Part shown: piece by piece, positions 9,907 through 18,948 of the stretch
Position numbering within the stretch: position 1 is the first letter of the stretch
How the letters are laid out: each line of letters opens with the position of its first letter
Source of the DNA: Chloroflexota bacterium
Lineage (GTDB): Bacteria; Chloroflexota; Dehalococcoidia; UBA2979
Direction of reading: 5' to 3'
DNA: 64,000 bases
Assembly: GCA_045863195.1 (NCBI GenBank)
Contig: BTUI01000001.1
Coordinates: forward strand, 395,453 to 459,452
Notes under the pieces: model-generated
The model's database searches: none
What the model was told of the DNA's origin: nothing
What the model saw: only the letters and a program-made list of their open reading frames with translations
Translations under genes and position numbers: made by a program

Positions 9907-10875
9907 CTATACCGCACGCCTCCCGGGCTCCGGTTCGAGGAGCGTGAGGGCGAAGAACACGAACGCCACCCACAACGTCTGCGCGATCAGCAGGTGCAGG
10001 AGCCCGGTCGCCAGCGGCGTGAGCAGCGCGATGTGCACCACGCCCAGCAGCGCCTGACCGGTGACCCCCATGATGATCAGGCGCGCCGGCCACGGCCGCC
10101 CGAGCAGCTCCACCTCGTCGAGGCGCTTCCACGCGAACCAGGCCAGCAGCACGCCGCCGGAGATCGCGAAGATTGGGTGCAGGATGCGGATGCGCACCAG
10201 GAACGCGGACTCCTCGTGGAAATCGGCGCGGATCCCCTCCGCCACCGACTCCGCCGCGAACAGCGTGTCGGCGAGCGAGGTCGTCGCACCGGTCGCCGCA
10301 ATGAGCATCAGGACCCCCGCCAGCGCCGCCAGCGGACGCAGGTAGCGCGCACCGCGGATCGCCGGCGCTGCGCCGCCGTGCACCGTCCACACGGTGTACG
10401 TGAGCGCGCCCATCAGCAGGAACGTGTTCACCAGGTGGAGCGGCACGGCCACCTGCCGCGCCGTTGAGTAGTCGTGCGCGACCCAGCCGTACAGCACGAT
10501 CGCGGCGCCGATACCCGCCTCGAACACCAGGAACGCCATCGTCCAGACCACGGCGCGGCGGGAGGGGTGCCCGGCGGTGAACGCCCGGAATACGAGCAGC
10601 ACGAACACCGCGACCACGACGAGGTTGATGCCGCTGATCATGCGGTGGGAGAACTCGATGAGGCGGGCCGTGTCGTCCGTGCCGGGGAAGACCAGGCGGC
10701 CCTCGCAGGCCGGCCAGGAGCGGCCGCAGCCGTCGCCGGAGTGCGTCGCCCGCACCACCGCGCCCATGACGATGGTGGCGAGGGTGATCCCCAGCGACCC
10801 CCACGACCACCAGCGGACGCCGGACGGGCCGTGGCCCGTCTGCACGCGACCGAGAGCGCCGGAATTCGTGCTCAT
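9907..10875 (-). CDS. ctaA: Heme A synthase (COX15/CtaA family)
   Basis: 322-aa multi-TM protein. Conserved CtaA Cys pair in loop 1 (HSGDGCGRSWPACEG) and His residues in the TM helices (FSHRMISGINL). Confidence 0.7.
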   Translation of the reverse strand: MSTNSGALGRVQTGHGPSGVRWWSWGSLGITLATIVMGAVVRATHSGDGCGRSWPACEGRLVFPGTDDTARLIEFSHRMISGINLVVVAVFVLLVFRAFTAGHPSRRAVVWTMAFLVFEAGIGAAIVLYGWVAHDYSTARQVAVPLHLVNTFLLMGALTYTVWTVHGGAAPAIRGARYLRPLAALAGVLMLIAATGATTSLADTLFAAESVAEGIRADFHEESAFLVRIRILHPIFAISGGVLLAWFAWKRLDEVELLGRPWPARLIIMGVTGQALLGVVHIALLTPLATGLLHLLIAQTLWVAFVFFALTLLEPEPGRRAV

Positions 10876-11015
10876 GCGGCCAGCATGCCCGCTCTCACAC
10901 GCTCACGCCAGTGGACGAACGGCCCGAGGCCGCCGTGACCTGACCGCCCGCGATTGCCGGGCGATACGCTGGAAGCCTCCCCACCCCGACGGACGGCACC
11001 CGGGACGGCATCGCC

Positions 11016-11981
11016 ATGGCCGACTACCACGCACCCTGGTGGCTCCGCGGCGGGCACCTGGAGACGATGGCGCCGGTCCTCCTCCGCCCACCGGGGCCGC
11101 GGCTCGCCTCGGAGCGCCGCACGGTGGAGGTCGAGCCCGGCTCCTCCGTCGAACTGCACCTCTCCACGCCGGAACGGCCGCGCGGCGGCACCGTGGTGGC
11201 GATCCACGGCCTGACCGGGTCGGTGGAGGGCCTCCACGTCCGCTCCGTGGCGGCGGAAGCGCTCGCCCGAGGGTGGCACGCGGCGCGGCTGAACCTGCGC
11301 ACCCACGGCGGCACCGCCGCGATCTCCGCCACGCTCTACCACGCCGCCCAGAGCGACGACATCGGCGCGGTCTGCGCGGCCCTCGAGGCGTGGGGGCTAC
11401 CTCGGCCGTTCGCGGTGGTGGGGCTGTCGATCTCCGGCAACCAGGTGCTGCGCTACGCCGCCACCAGCGGCGCGGGGGCCGCCGCGGACGCGGTGGTCGC
11501 GCTCAACCCGCCGGTGGACCTGTTCCGGGTGGAACGGGAGATCGACCGGCTCCCGAACCGCCTCTACCGGATGACCTACGTCCGAGGCCTCTGCCGGATG
11601 CTGGACGAGGTGCGCGCGGTGCGCCCGGTCCCCGGCCCACCTGCCGATGCGCGCCGGCTGCGCACGATCCGCGCGTTCGACGCGGCGTTCGTCGCCCCCG
11701 CCGGTGGGTACGCCTCCGTCGACGAGTACTACGCCGACGCGAGCGCGGGGCCGCTCCTGGACGGGATCCGCATCCCCTCGCTCGTGCTGAGCGCCAGTAA
11801 CGACCCCTTTGTCCCCGCGGAGATGCTGTTGCCCCACGACGGGGCCGGGGGACACCTGCAACTCCGGCTCACGGCACGCGGCGGCCACGTGGGCTACCTG
11901 GCCGGGCCGCGTCGGAGCGACCTCCGCTTCTGGGCCGCACAGCCGGTGATGGACTGGCTCGACGCACTCCGCAACGGCTAG
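11016..11981 (+). CDS. Alpha/beta-fold hydrolase (YheT/ABHD-like)
   Basis: 321 aa. HG oxyanion motif (VAIHGLTGS). Nucleophile elbow GLSISGN. C-terminal Asp/His region. Confidence 0.7.
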   Translation: MADYHAPWWLRGGHLETMAPVLLRPPGPRLASERRTVEVEPGSSVELHLSTPERPRGGTVVAIHGLTGSVEGLHVRSVAAEALARGWHAARLNLRTHGGTAAISATLYHAAQSDDIGAVCAALEAWGLPRPFAVVGLSISGNQVLRYAATSGAGAAADAVVALNPPVDLFRVEREIDRLPNRLYRMTYVRGLCRMLDEVRAVRPVPGPPADARRLRTIRAFDAAFVAPAGGYASVDEYYADASAGPLLDGIRIPSLVLSASNDPFVPAEMLLPHDGAGGHLQLRLTARGGHVGYLAGPRRSDLRFWAAQPVMDWLDALRNG

Positions 11982-12065
11982 TGCGTCTGACGAGAGCCTG
12001 TCAGCGCCCCCATCCCCCTGCGCGCGACGCCCGGCCCTGCCGACCCTTCATCGAGGGGCCTCGAC

Positions 12066-12380
12066 ATGCCCCCGGAGCGGGTGAGCATGGCCGTCGTCCG
12101 GTTCCTCTTCCTAGCATGCGTCGCCGCGACCGCGATGGGCGTGGCGCAGACGGTCGCGGCTGCGCGGGCATCGGTGCCGGTGAGCGCGCGCGTCGAGGCA
12201 GTCGTGGAGGGCTCGGTCCTCCTCGTGCTGGAGGGGCCGGCCCCGGGCCGCGTAAGCCTGCGCGCGGACGACGCCGCCTCGGCGTGGGCGGAGTGCGAGG
12301 CGGCTGGCGATGCCTGGCGCTGCCCGAGCCCGGCGGGAGCCGATCAGGCACGGCTCCTGGTGACGGCCTGGACCCGCTAG
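12066..12380 (+). CDS. Hypothetical small secreted protein
   Basis: 104-aa ORF. Sec-type signal peptide (MAVVRFLFLACVAATAMGVAQTVAAARA). No recognisable domain. Lies immediately upstream of the SipW-like module. Confidence 0.3.
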   Translation: MPPERVSMAVVRFLFLACVAATAMGVAQTVAAARASVPVSARVEAVVEGSVLLVLEGPAPGRVSLRADDAASAWAECEAAGDAWRCPSPAGADQARLLVTAWTR

Positions 12381-12449
12381 GGCTGTTTACTCGAACTTCA
12401 CCAAACCTCTCCCAACCTCGGCATCCTGCATCCCGGGACACCTCATAGC

Positions 12450-12932
12450 GTGATGTGTGTCGAAGTCACGCTCGTCCGGGGCTTGCCCGGACGGCGCCCA
12501 TGGGCTCCGAAGGGGTTCATCAAAGTGTTCCTGTTTCAACTGCTCGGGAAGTCGTTCTGGCTGAGCACCGCGGCCGGCGTGACCGCCGTCGCCGTCGGTG
12601 GCACCGCGCTGACCGCCGCGAACACCGTGCCGGGCACCGTGGCCGGTTCCGGTACCGGCACGATCTCCGGCTACACGATCACGGACATCTCCTACACGCT
12701 GAACGGCACCAACCCGCAGAACCTGGACGCCGTGGTCATCACCTACGACGATGCGCCGGGCGACCCCACGGTGGCGCGCGTCTCGCACAACAACGGGACG
12801 AACTGGTTCAACTGCAACGCCGGCATCAACGATGTCGCAAACACCGTGACCTGCAACGCGGGCTCCACACCGTCGTTCGCGGGGACCGGGGTCGCGGCCG
12901 CCACCAACCTGATCGTGGTCCTGACGCAGTAG
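12450..12932 (+). CDS. Secreted Gly/Thr/Asn-rich protein with long SipW-cognate-like signal peptide (TasA/camelysin-class substrate candidate)
   Basis: 160-aa ORF preceded by a low-GC promoter-like spacer. Basic n-region, then a long hydrophobic core (VFLFQLLGKSFWLSTAAGVTAVAVGGTALTAANTV). The overlapping alternative frame (12455..12967) is Arg-rich junk. It shares an LTA[AS]NTV segment with the product of 14541..15080. Confidence 0.55.
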   Translation: MMCVEVTLVRGLPGRRPWAPKGFIKVFLFQLLGKSFWLSTAAGVTAVAVGGTALTAANTVPGTVAGSGTGTISGYTITDISYTLNGTNPQNLDAVVITYDDAPGDPTVARVSHNNGTNWFNCNAGINDVANTVTCNAGSTPSFAGTGVAAATNLIVVLTQ

Positions 12933-12963
12933 CCCACCGGCGAACATCGGACCGAATCGCACC

Positions 12964-14541
12964 ATGACGAAGCCGGCCCCCGGGCGAGTTCGGCGCGGAC
13001 CCTTCCGCGCCGGCCTGCGCGCCGGGGCCACGCTCGTCCTCGTGCTCGCCGCCTGGATCCTGTTCGCCCCGGTCCAGGTGGGCGGCTCGTTCTCCTACTT
13101 CCGGGTCGTCGGCGACTCGATGGAGCCGAACCTCACCGCCGGCGACATGGTGCTCATGCGCACGGACGAGCGGTACGAGGTGGGCGACGTGGTCGCCTAC
13201 CGCGACCCGGACCTGGGCCCCGTCCTGCACCGCATCCGCGACCGCGCCGGCGAGCAGTTCATCCTCCGCGGCGACAACCGCGACGCGGACGACCCGTACC
13301 GGCCGCTGGAGGACGAGATCGTCGGACGCCTCTGGAAGGTCGTGCCGAGCGGCGGCGACGCCATGCTGCGACTGCAATCGCCGCAGATGTCCGCCCTCTT
13401 CGGCACCGGGGTCATCCTGTTCGGCGCGATCTCTCTGCGCGGGAAGGCGAAGCGTCCGGAGCGCCGTCGTGACGCCCGAGGCGGCTCGAACTGGTCCGGG
13501 CTGCTCACCGACCGCGCGCAGGTCGGCGCCAGCCTCATCTCCGCGGCCGGGCTCGCCTTCGCGGGCGCGGTCATCCTCGGCGGCGTCGTGCTCGCCAACC
13601 CGGCGGTCACGATGGTGACGCGGGACGTCGCGATCGAGCACGCCGGGACGTGGGAGTACTCGGGCGTCGCGGGGAGCGGCCTGTACGACGGGGACACGGT
13701 GCGCACCGGCGACCCCGTGTTCACCCGCCTCGGCGAGCGCGTCCCGGTCACCTTCGCCTACCAGGTCACCACGCTGACGAACGGCCGCACGCTGGAGTCG
13801 GTGCGCGGCTCCACGCGCCTGCAGATCGAGATCTCGCAGGACAACGGCTGGCGTCGCCGCATCCCCGTCCAGGAGTGGACGCCGTTTACCGGCAAGCAGG
13901 CCACGGCCAGCGGTGTGATGGACCTGGGCATCCTCGCCCGCCAGGCGGACGCGATGGAGGAGGCCACGGCGCTCATCTACCCGCAATACCGTGTCGACCT
14001 GATCGCGGAGGTGGAGGTCCAGGGCGACCTGCTGGGCGAGCCGTTCGTCGACCTGTACGAGGCACGGCTGCCGTTCATCCTCGGGGAACTCGTCCTGACC
14101 CCCGCGCCCGGCTTCCGCGCCGACCCCATGGCGGCGGTCTCGCTGCCACGCAGCACCCCCGGCCCGTGGACCTACATGCTGCCGGTCGTGGGGATCGAGG
14201 TCACGTACAGCCAGGTGCGCCTCGCGGCCATCGGCCTGGGCATCGCGGCGGTGGTGCTGCTGAGCGTCGTCGGCGCGGCCACCCGCCTCGCCGCGGAGCG
14301 TGGCGAGGCGTCCCTGATCGCGTCCCGGTACGGAGCATTCATCGTGAACGCGGACTCCACGGAGGTGACCTTCGCCGGACGCCGGGTGCTGGTGAAGGCG
14401 ATCGATGACCTCGTGAAGATGGCACGCCAGGACGGCCTGTTCATCGTCCACGAGGAGGTGGACGGCGAGCACCGCTATCACCTGGTGCTGCCGGACGTGA
14501 CGTACACCTACCTCACCGGGCAGCGGACGGTCGCGTTCTGA
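12964..14541 (+). CDS. Signal peptidase I, ER/archaeal type (SipW/Sec11-like, Ser-His dyad) with ~350-aa C-terminal extension containing an extra TM segment
   Basis: 525 aa. N-terminal TM, then VVGDSMEPNL (box B Ser), VVAYRD, and LHRIRDR (His general base), diagnostic of S26B/SipW-type peptidases. The C-terminal region (about 180-525) has no recognised domain and a third TM (AAIGLGIAAVVLLSVVGAA). Confidence 0.75.
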   Translation: MTKPAPGRVRRGPFRAGLRAGATLVLVLAAWILFAPVQVGGSFSYFRVVGDSMEPNLTAGDMVLMRTDERYEVGDVVAYRDPDLGPVLHRIRDRAGEQFILRGDNRDADDPYRPLEDEIVGRLWKVVPSGGDAMLRLQSPQMSALFGTGVILFGAISLRGKAKRPERRRDARGGSNWSGLLTDRAQVGASLISAAGLAFAGAVILGGVVLANPAVTMVTRDVAIEHAGTWEYSGVAGSGLYDGDTVRTGDPVFTRLGERVPVTFAYQVTTLTNGRTLESVRGSTRLQIEISQDNGWRRRIPVQEWTPFTGKQATASGVMDLGILARQADAMEEATALIYPQYRVDLIAEVEVQGDLLGEPFVDLYEARLPFILGELVLTPAPGFRADPMAAVSLPRSTPGPWTYMLPVVGIEVTYSQVRLAAIGLGIAAVVLLSVVGAATRLAAERGEASLIASRYGAFIVNADSTEVTFAGRRVLVKAIDDLVKMARQDGLFIVHEEVDGEHRYHLVLPDVTYTYLTGQRTVAF

Positions 14542-15080
14542 TGCAGCCCTCGCGGATGCTCCTCGCGGGGATCCTGCCGCTGTTTCTGCTGCTGGTCGTG
14601 ACCGCGGAGCCGCAGGTCCTGACCGCGAGCAACACCGTGGCGACGAGCGCCCTCAGCCGCACCGCCGGCGTCCCAACCGTCCGCCAGTTCGCCCCGGCCG
14701 AGTGCAAGGCGAACATGTCGGAGGCGTCGCTGAACGCGCTCACCCGTCGGCTGATGCCAGGCCAGAACGGGAACAACAGCGCCAACCTGATCCTCGGCAC
14801 TTCCGCGAATGACACGATCACCGCCTCCGGCGGTGACGATTGCGTGGTGGGCGGCGGCGGTGCGGACAACATCCAGGGCGGCAACAACGCGGACGTGATC
14901 CTCGGTGGGCTCGGGAACGACACCGTGCTGCGAGGCAACGGCGGCAACGACTTCGTGTTCGGCGGTGACGGCAACGACTCCGGCATCCGCGGCGACGCCG
15001 GCACCGACACCTGCGACGGTGGGCCGGGCACCGACTCCGTGGCGGACGGCACCTGCGAGACCGTCATCAGCATCCCGTAG
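14541..15080 (+). CDS. Secreted RTX-type (hemolysin-type) calcium-binding repeat protein
   Basis: 179 aa. Start ATG overlaps the SipW stop (TGATG). Signal peptide, then VLTASNTV. At least six GGxGxD nonapeptide repeats (GGDDCVVGGGGADNIQGGNNADVILGGLGNDTV...). Confidence 0.6.
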   Translation: MQPSRMLLAGILPLFLLLVVTAEPQVLTASNTVATSALSRTAGVPTVRQFAPAECKANMSEASLNALTRRLMPGQNGNNSANLILGTSANDTITASGGDDCVVGGGGADNIQGGNNADVILGGLGNDTVLRGNGGNDFVFGGDGNDSGIRGDAGTDTCDGGPGTDSVADGTCETVISIP

Positions 15081-15154
15081 CGCCCGAGCGGCGCTGCCAC
15101 TCCCGGCTCCGATTTCGCACGGCGTTCACCCATCCTCGGCGGCGGAGGCGAGGG

Positions 15155-15439
15155 ATGGACGCGACGTGGGAGGCGGCAATCGGGCTCGGCGTGGCGCCGG
15201 CGGTGCTGCCGGTGATCGTGGAGCACCTCAAGCGGGCGGTGCGGCGGGAGTCCGTCTGGCCGCTCGTCACGGACGCCCTCGCCATCGCCTGGGTGCTGGC
15301 GCTGCGGGACGCGGGGCTGCTCGGCGCGCTCGGACTCGGCGAGGTGCGCGTGACGACGGCGGTGCTGCTGGGACTCGCGACCGGCGTGGCCGCGTCCGCG
15401 GGCTACGACGGCTGGCGAGCGCGCGTGGGGAGCGCGTGA
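15155..15439 (+). CDS. Hypothetical small membrane protein
   Basis: 94-aa ORF with 2-3 predicted TM helices. It sits in an otherwise unexplained 412-nt gap. No domain recognised. Confidence 0.25.
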   Translation: MDATWEAAIGLGVAPAVLPVIVEHLKRAVRRESVWPLVTDALAIAWVLALRDAGLLGALGLGEVRVTTAVLLGLATGVAASAGYDGWRARVGSA

Positions 15440-15492
15440 CGGGCGCGCCCGCTAGCGCCGCGCCCGGTACCCTCGGACAGACGGAGGCGACG

Positions 15493-16251
15493 ATGGACTG
15501 GATGCGGCACGACCCGAAGCGCGGCCCCGGCCGCAACGGCGACCAGGAGCGTGTCTTCCTCTCCGGCCCGGATGACCGCGGCTCGGAGTTCATCCGCCTG
15601 CTGCGGATCGCCGGCGAGTTCATCCGTGGCTTCCGCCGGCTCCACTTCGTCGGGCCGTGCGTCACCGTCTTCGGATCCGCGCGCGTGTCGGAGGGCGACC
15701 CCCGCTACGAGCTCGCGCGGGCGGTCGGGAGCGAACTCGCCCGCTCCGGCTTCACCGTGATGACGGGCGGCGGGCCCGGGATCATGGAGGCGGCCAACCG
15801 CGGAGCGCAGGAGGCCGGCGGTTACTCGGTCGGCTGCAACATCCGCCTCCCGCACGAGCAACTGCCGAACCGCTACCTCGACCGGTTCATCGAGTTCCGG
15901 TACTTCTTCGTCCGCAAGGTCATGCTCGTGAAGTACTCCTACGCCTTCGTCCTGTTGCCGGGCGGGTTCGGCACGATGGACGAGGCGTTCGAGGTGATCA
16001 CGCTGGAGCAGACCGGCAAGATCCGCGACTTCCCCGTGGTGCTGATGGGGTCCGACTACTGGCGGAAGTTGATCGACTTCCTCCGCGACCCCGTGCTGTC
16101 GCACGGCATGATCGACGCCGCCGACCTGGACCGCTTCATCATCACCGACTCGCCGGAGGAGGCCGCCGCCGTGATCCGGGAGGCCGCGCTGAAGCGCTTC
16201 GGTCTCTCCTACCGCCGCTCCCCGCGCCGCCGTCGCCTGCTCTTCGAGTAG
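15493..16251 (+). CDS. LOG-family protein (TIGR00730; cytokinin riboside 5'-monophosphate phosphoribohydrolase / lysine-decarboxylase-like)
   Basis: The track ORF is extended upstream by an open frame. An internal ATG at 15493 (MDWMRHDPK...) gives 252 aa carrying the LOG motifs (VFGSARV, GGGPGIMEA, PGGFGTMDE). Confidence 0.75.
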   Translation: MDWMRHDPKRGPGRNGDQERVFLSGPDDRGSEFIRLLRIAGEFIRGFRRLHFVGPCVTVFGSARVSEGDPRYELARAVGSELARSGFTVMTGGGPGIMEAANRGAQEAGGYSVGCNIRLPHEQLPNRYLDRFIEFRYFFVRKVMLVKYSYAFVLLPGGFGTMDEAFEVITLEQTGKIRDFPVVLMGSDYWRKLIDFLRDPVLSHGMIDAADLDRFIITDSPEEAAAVIREAALKRFGLSYRRSPRRRRLLFE

Positions 16252-16255
16252 CGTG

Positions 16256-17215
16256 CTACCGCGCGACGAGCGCCTGCGCCCGCGCCACCGCCCGGAACGC
16301 CCGCGCGATCGACTGGTCGCGGTCGGCGCCATCGATCAGCGGCGCCGCCAGCACTTCCCCGCAGCCGTCCGCGATGTAACCGGCGAGCCGCTCCGCGACC
16401 TCCTCCTCCGTCCCGGAGACGACGAGGTCATCGAGCAGCACGTCCGAGTAGCCGTCCGCGCCGACCGGGTGCCCGGACGCCTCGAACATCGCGCGGTAGA
16501 ACGGCACCTGGCCGTAGTTGCCGAGTTGCCGCCGGGCGAGGTCGCGCGCCGCGTCGCGCTCGGTCGTGACGAAGATCGGCACGTGCGCGATGAGCGGCGG
16601 CGTCTCGCGCCCGGCGCGCTCCGCGCCACGCCGCAACGCCGGCAGCGCCTCCTCAATGAGGTAGGTCCGCGGGCACATCCACGAGATCGCGCCGTCCGCG
16701 AGTTCGCCGCACAGTTCGAACGACCTCGGCCGTAGCGCGGAGGCGAGCAGTTCCACCGGGACCGGCTCGCGCCACTTCGTGCGGGCCGTGACGTGCTTCC
16801 CCTCGTACGCCGCCTCGCCCGCGGTGAAGAGCGCGCGCAGCGTCTCCAGGTACTCGCGCAGGTGGGTGAGCGGCGTGTGCCAGCGCACACCGAAGGTGCG
16901 CGTCATGCCAGGCTCGTGCGACGGCCCGATGCCGAGGCGCAGCCGTCCCGGCCCCAGTTGCTCCAGCGCCATCGCCTGCTGGCCGATGACGATGGCGTGG
17001 CGCGGCCACGTGGGGATGATCGCGGTGCCGAGACGGATCGATTCGGTCTCCATCAACGCGGCGGCGAACACGGTGAGCGGGTCGCCGCCGCCCATACCGC
17101 CGATCGTCGTCCACGCGGTCGGGATGCCGGCGGCCTCCGCCTGGCGGATCTGCTGCACCGCCTCCCGCGCCGTGAACGCCTGGATCGAGACCCCCATCGA
17201 GGGCGTGTGTGCCAT
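16256..17215 (-). CDS. LLM-class (luciferase-like) F420/flavin-dependent oxidoreductase
   Basis: 319 aa. TIM-barrel luciferase-like monooxygenase family features (GVSIQAF..., LGIGPSHEPGM, C-terminal Gly-rich region). Confidence 0.75.
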   Translation of the reverse strand: MAHTPSMGVSIQAFTAREAVQQIRQAEAAGIPTAWTTIGGMGGGDPLTVFAAALMETESIRLGTAIIPTWPRHAIVIGQQAMALEQLGPGRLRLGIGPSHEPGMTRTFGVRWHTPLTHLREYLETLRALFTAGEAAYEGKHVTARTKWREPVPVELLASALRPRSFELCGELADGAISWMCPRTYLIEEALPALRRGAERAGRETPPLIAHVPIFVTTERDAARDLARRQLGNYGQVPFYRAMFEASGHPVGADGYSDVLLDDLVVSGTEEEVAERLAGYIADGCGEVLAAPLIDGADRDQSIARAFRAVARAQALVAR

Positions 17216-17277
17216 CCATCGCCTCCTGCTGCGCCATGCATGGTACCCGCTCGCCCGAGGCGTCCGTGGCGGCGATC

Positions 17278-18948
17278 ATGGCGGCGGAGGCGCCCGTGAC
17301 CCGCATCGCCGTCATCGCCCTCGCCGCGCTCGCGTGCTTCGCCCTCGCATGCGACCCGGCGCCGCCCCCGGCCGGCGTCGCGCCCCCGGACCTCACCGCA
17401 ACGCGCCCACCTGACGCACGGACACCGGTGGCCGTGGACCTCGTCGACACCGACGAGGCGGCGCGCGTGGGCGCGGCGCTGGAGGCGGCGGGCTTCGCGC
17501 TCGATGCGTCCGCGGGCGCGCGGGTGAGCGACCGGGCACTCGCCGGCGGCGCCGTGCATCCGGTCGCCGCCTGGGCACTCGTCGCCCACCCCCGCGTCGA
17601 ACGTCTCGACCTCACGCTCGACGAGGCGCACGCGGTCCTCCGCGGGGAGATCGACGCGTGGGAGGCGCTGGAGGCGGACGCGCGACCGCTGCCCCTCGCC
17701 CTGTACCTGTCCGCAGAGGCCGCCCCGTGGGCCGCGCGCGAGTTCCCCGGCCACCCGGGCACGGTGCTGCCGCTCGCGGAGGTGATCGCGCGCGTCGCCG
17801 CGGAGCCGGGCGCGGTCGGCCTCGTGCCGTACGAGGCGCCCGAACTCGGCGTGGTGGCGCTCACCGTGGACGGCCACGACCCGTACCGCGACCCGGCGGC
17901 GACCGCGCCGCTCGCCGACCGCCGCTGGGTGCTCGCCAGCGACGATGTGACGGCGACGCGGATCGCCTCGGCGGCCGGGTGGACAGCGGTGAGCACCTAC
18001 GACCCCGCCGGCATCCTCGCCACCGGCGAACTGATCCCGGCGCGCTGCGTGCACAGCACACTCACGAGCGACGGCCGCACGCACGACTCGATGTTCGACG
18101 CGACGCGCGACCTGATCGCCGCCGCCGACTATGCGATCGCGCCGTGGGAGCCCTCGGTCGTTGACGCGGAGCCGACGCCGTGCACGCTCACGTTCAACCT
18201 GCAGGCTGCCCCCGAGGCGGCCGAGGCGGTCGCCCGCGCCGGGTTCGACGTCGCGTTCACCGTCGGCAACCACCTCGGCGACTGCTGGACGGAGTGCGCC
18301 GCGACCGAGGCGATGCGCGAGACGGTACGCCTGCTCCGCAACGCCGGCCTCGCCACCACGGGCGCCGGCGACGACCTCGCGGAGGCCGCCGCCGCACACA
18401 CCGACGAGATCGACGGCGTGCGCTTCGCCTTCCTCGCCTACGACGAGGTGGCGCGCGAGTTCTATGGCGCTGGCGACGACCACGCGGGGACGAACCCGCT
18501 CGATGACCTCGACCGGCTCGTGGGGGACGTGCGGCTGGCGCTGGAGTCCGCCGACCACTTGATCGTGGGCTTTTCCTGGGGCGTGGAGTACGTCTCCGAT
18601 CCGAGCAGCGCGCAGATCGAAGCGGCTCGCGCCGTGATGGACGCGGGCGCCTCGCTCGTCGTCGGCAACCACCCGCACTGGGTGCAGGCGACGGAGCGGA
18701 TGGGCCGCGGCGTGGTGCTGTACGCGCTCGGCAACTTCGTCTTCGACCAGGACTGGTCGGTCGAGACGCAGCAGGGGCTGATCGTCGAGGCCGGGTTCAC
18801 CGCCGACCGGATGCTCGGCATCCGCTACCGCCCGGTCATGATCCGCGAACGGCACCGTCCGGAGCCGGTCTCCCCGGCCTCCGCCGAGGGCCGCGCCATC
18901 CTCGACCAGCTGTGGGCGGCGACGGACCGCCGCGGGACGCGGGACTAG
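17278..18948 (+). CDS. CapA/PgsA-family metallophosphatase, probable lipoprotein
   Basis: The track ORF starts at 17209, which overlaps the divergent LLM gene's start by 7 nt, so a later start is more likely. Met at 17278 gives a classic lipoprotein signal (MAAEAPVTRIAVIALAALACFALAC). C-terminal CapA metallophosphatase motifs (TVGNHLGD, VVGNHPHWVQ, LGNFVFDQ). Confidence 0.6.
   Translation: MAAEAPVTRIAVIALAALACFALACDPAPPPAGVAPPDLTATRPPDARTPVAVDLVDTDEAARVGAALEAAGFALDASAGARVSDRALAGGAVHPVAAWALVAHPRVERLDLTLDEAHAVLRGEIDAWEALEADARPLPLALYLSAEAAPWAAREFPGHPGTVLPLAEVIARVAAEPGAVGLVPYEAPELGVVALTVDGHDPYRDPAATAPLADRRWVLASDDVTATRIASAAGWTAVSTYDPAGILATGELIPARCVHSTLTSDGRTHDSMFDATRDLIAAADYAIAPWEPSVVDAEPTPCTLTFNLQAAPEAAEAVARAGFDVAFTVGNHLGDCWTECAATEAMRETVRLLRNAGLATTGAGDDLAEAAAAHTDEIDGVRFAFLAYDEVAREFYGAGDDHAGTNPLDDLDRLVGDVRLALESADHLIVGFSWGVEYVSDPSSAQIEAARAVMDAGASLVVGNHPHWVQATERMGRGVVLYALGNFVFDQDWSVETQQGLIVEAGFTADRMLGIRYRPVMIRERHRPEPVSPASAEGRAILDQLWAATDRRGTRD

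Noticed and set aside
9131-10810. 559-aa minus-strand ORF spanning both the DtxR and ctaA loci
   Set aside because: The N-terminal 320 codons are an Arg/Gly-rich alternative frame overlapping the genuine ctaA gene (9907..10875). Only the last 240 codons, from ATG 9853, show DtxR/FeoA homology.
12455-12967. Alternative 170-aa frame over the SipW-substrate gene
   Set aside because: The product is Arg/His-rich (RDRRRRRWHRADRREHRAGHRG...) with no signal peptide. The co-located 12450 frame encodes a coherent secreted Gly/Thr/Asn-rich protein.
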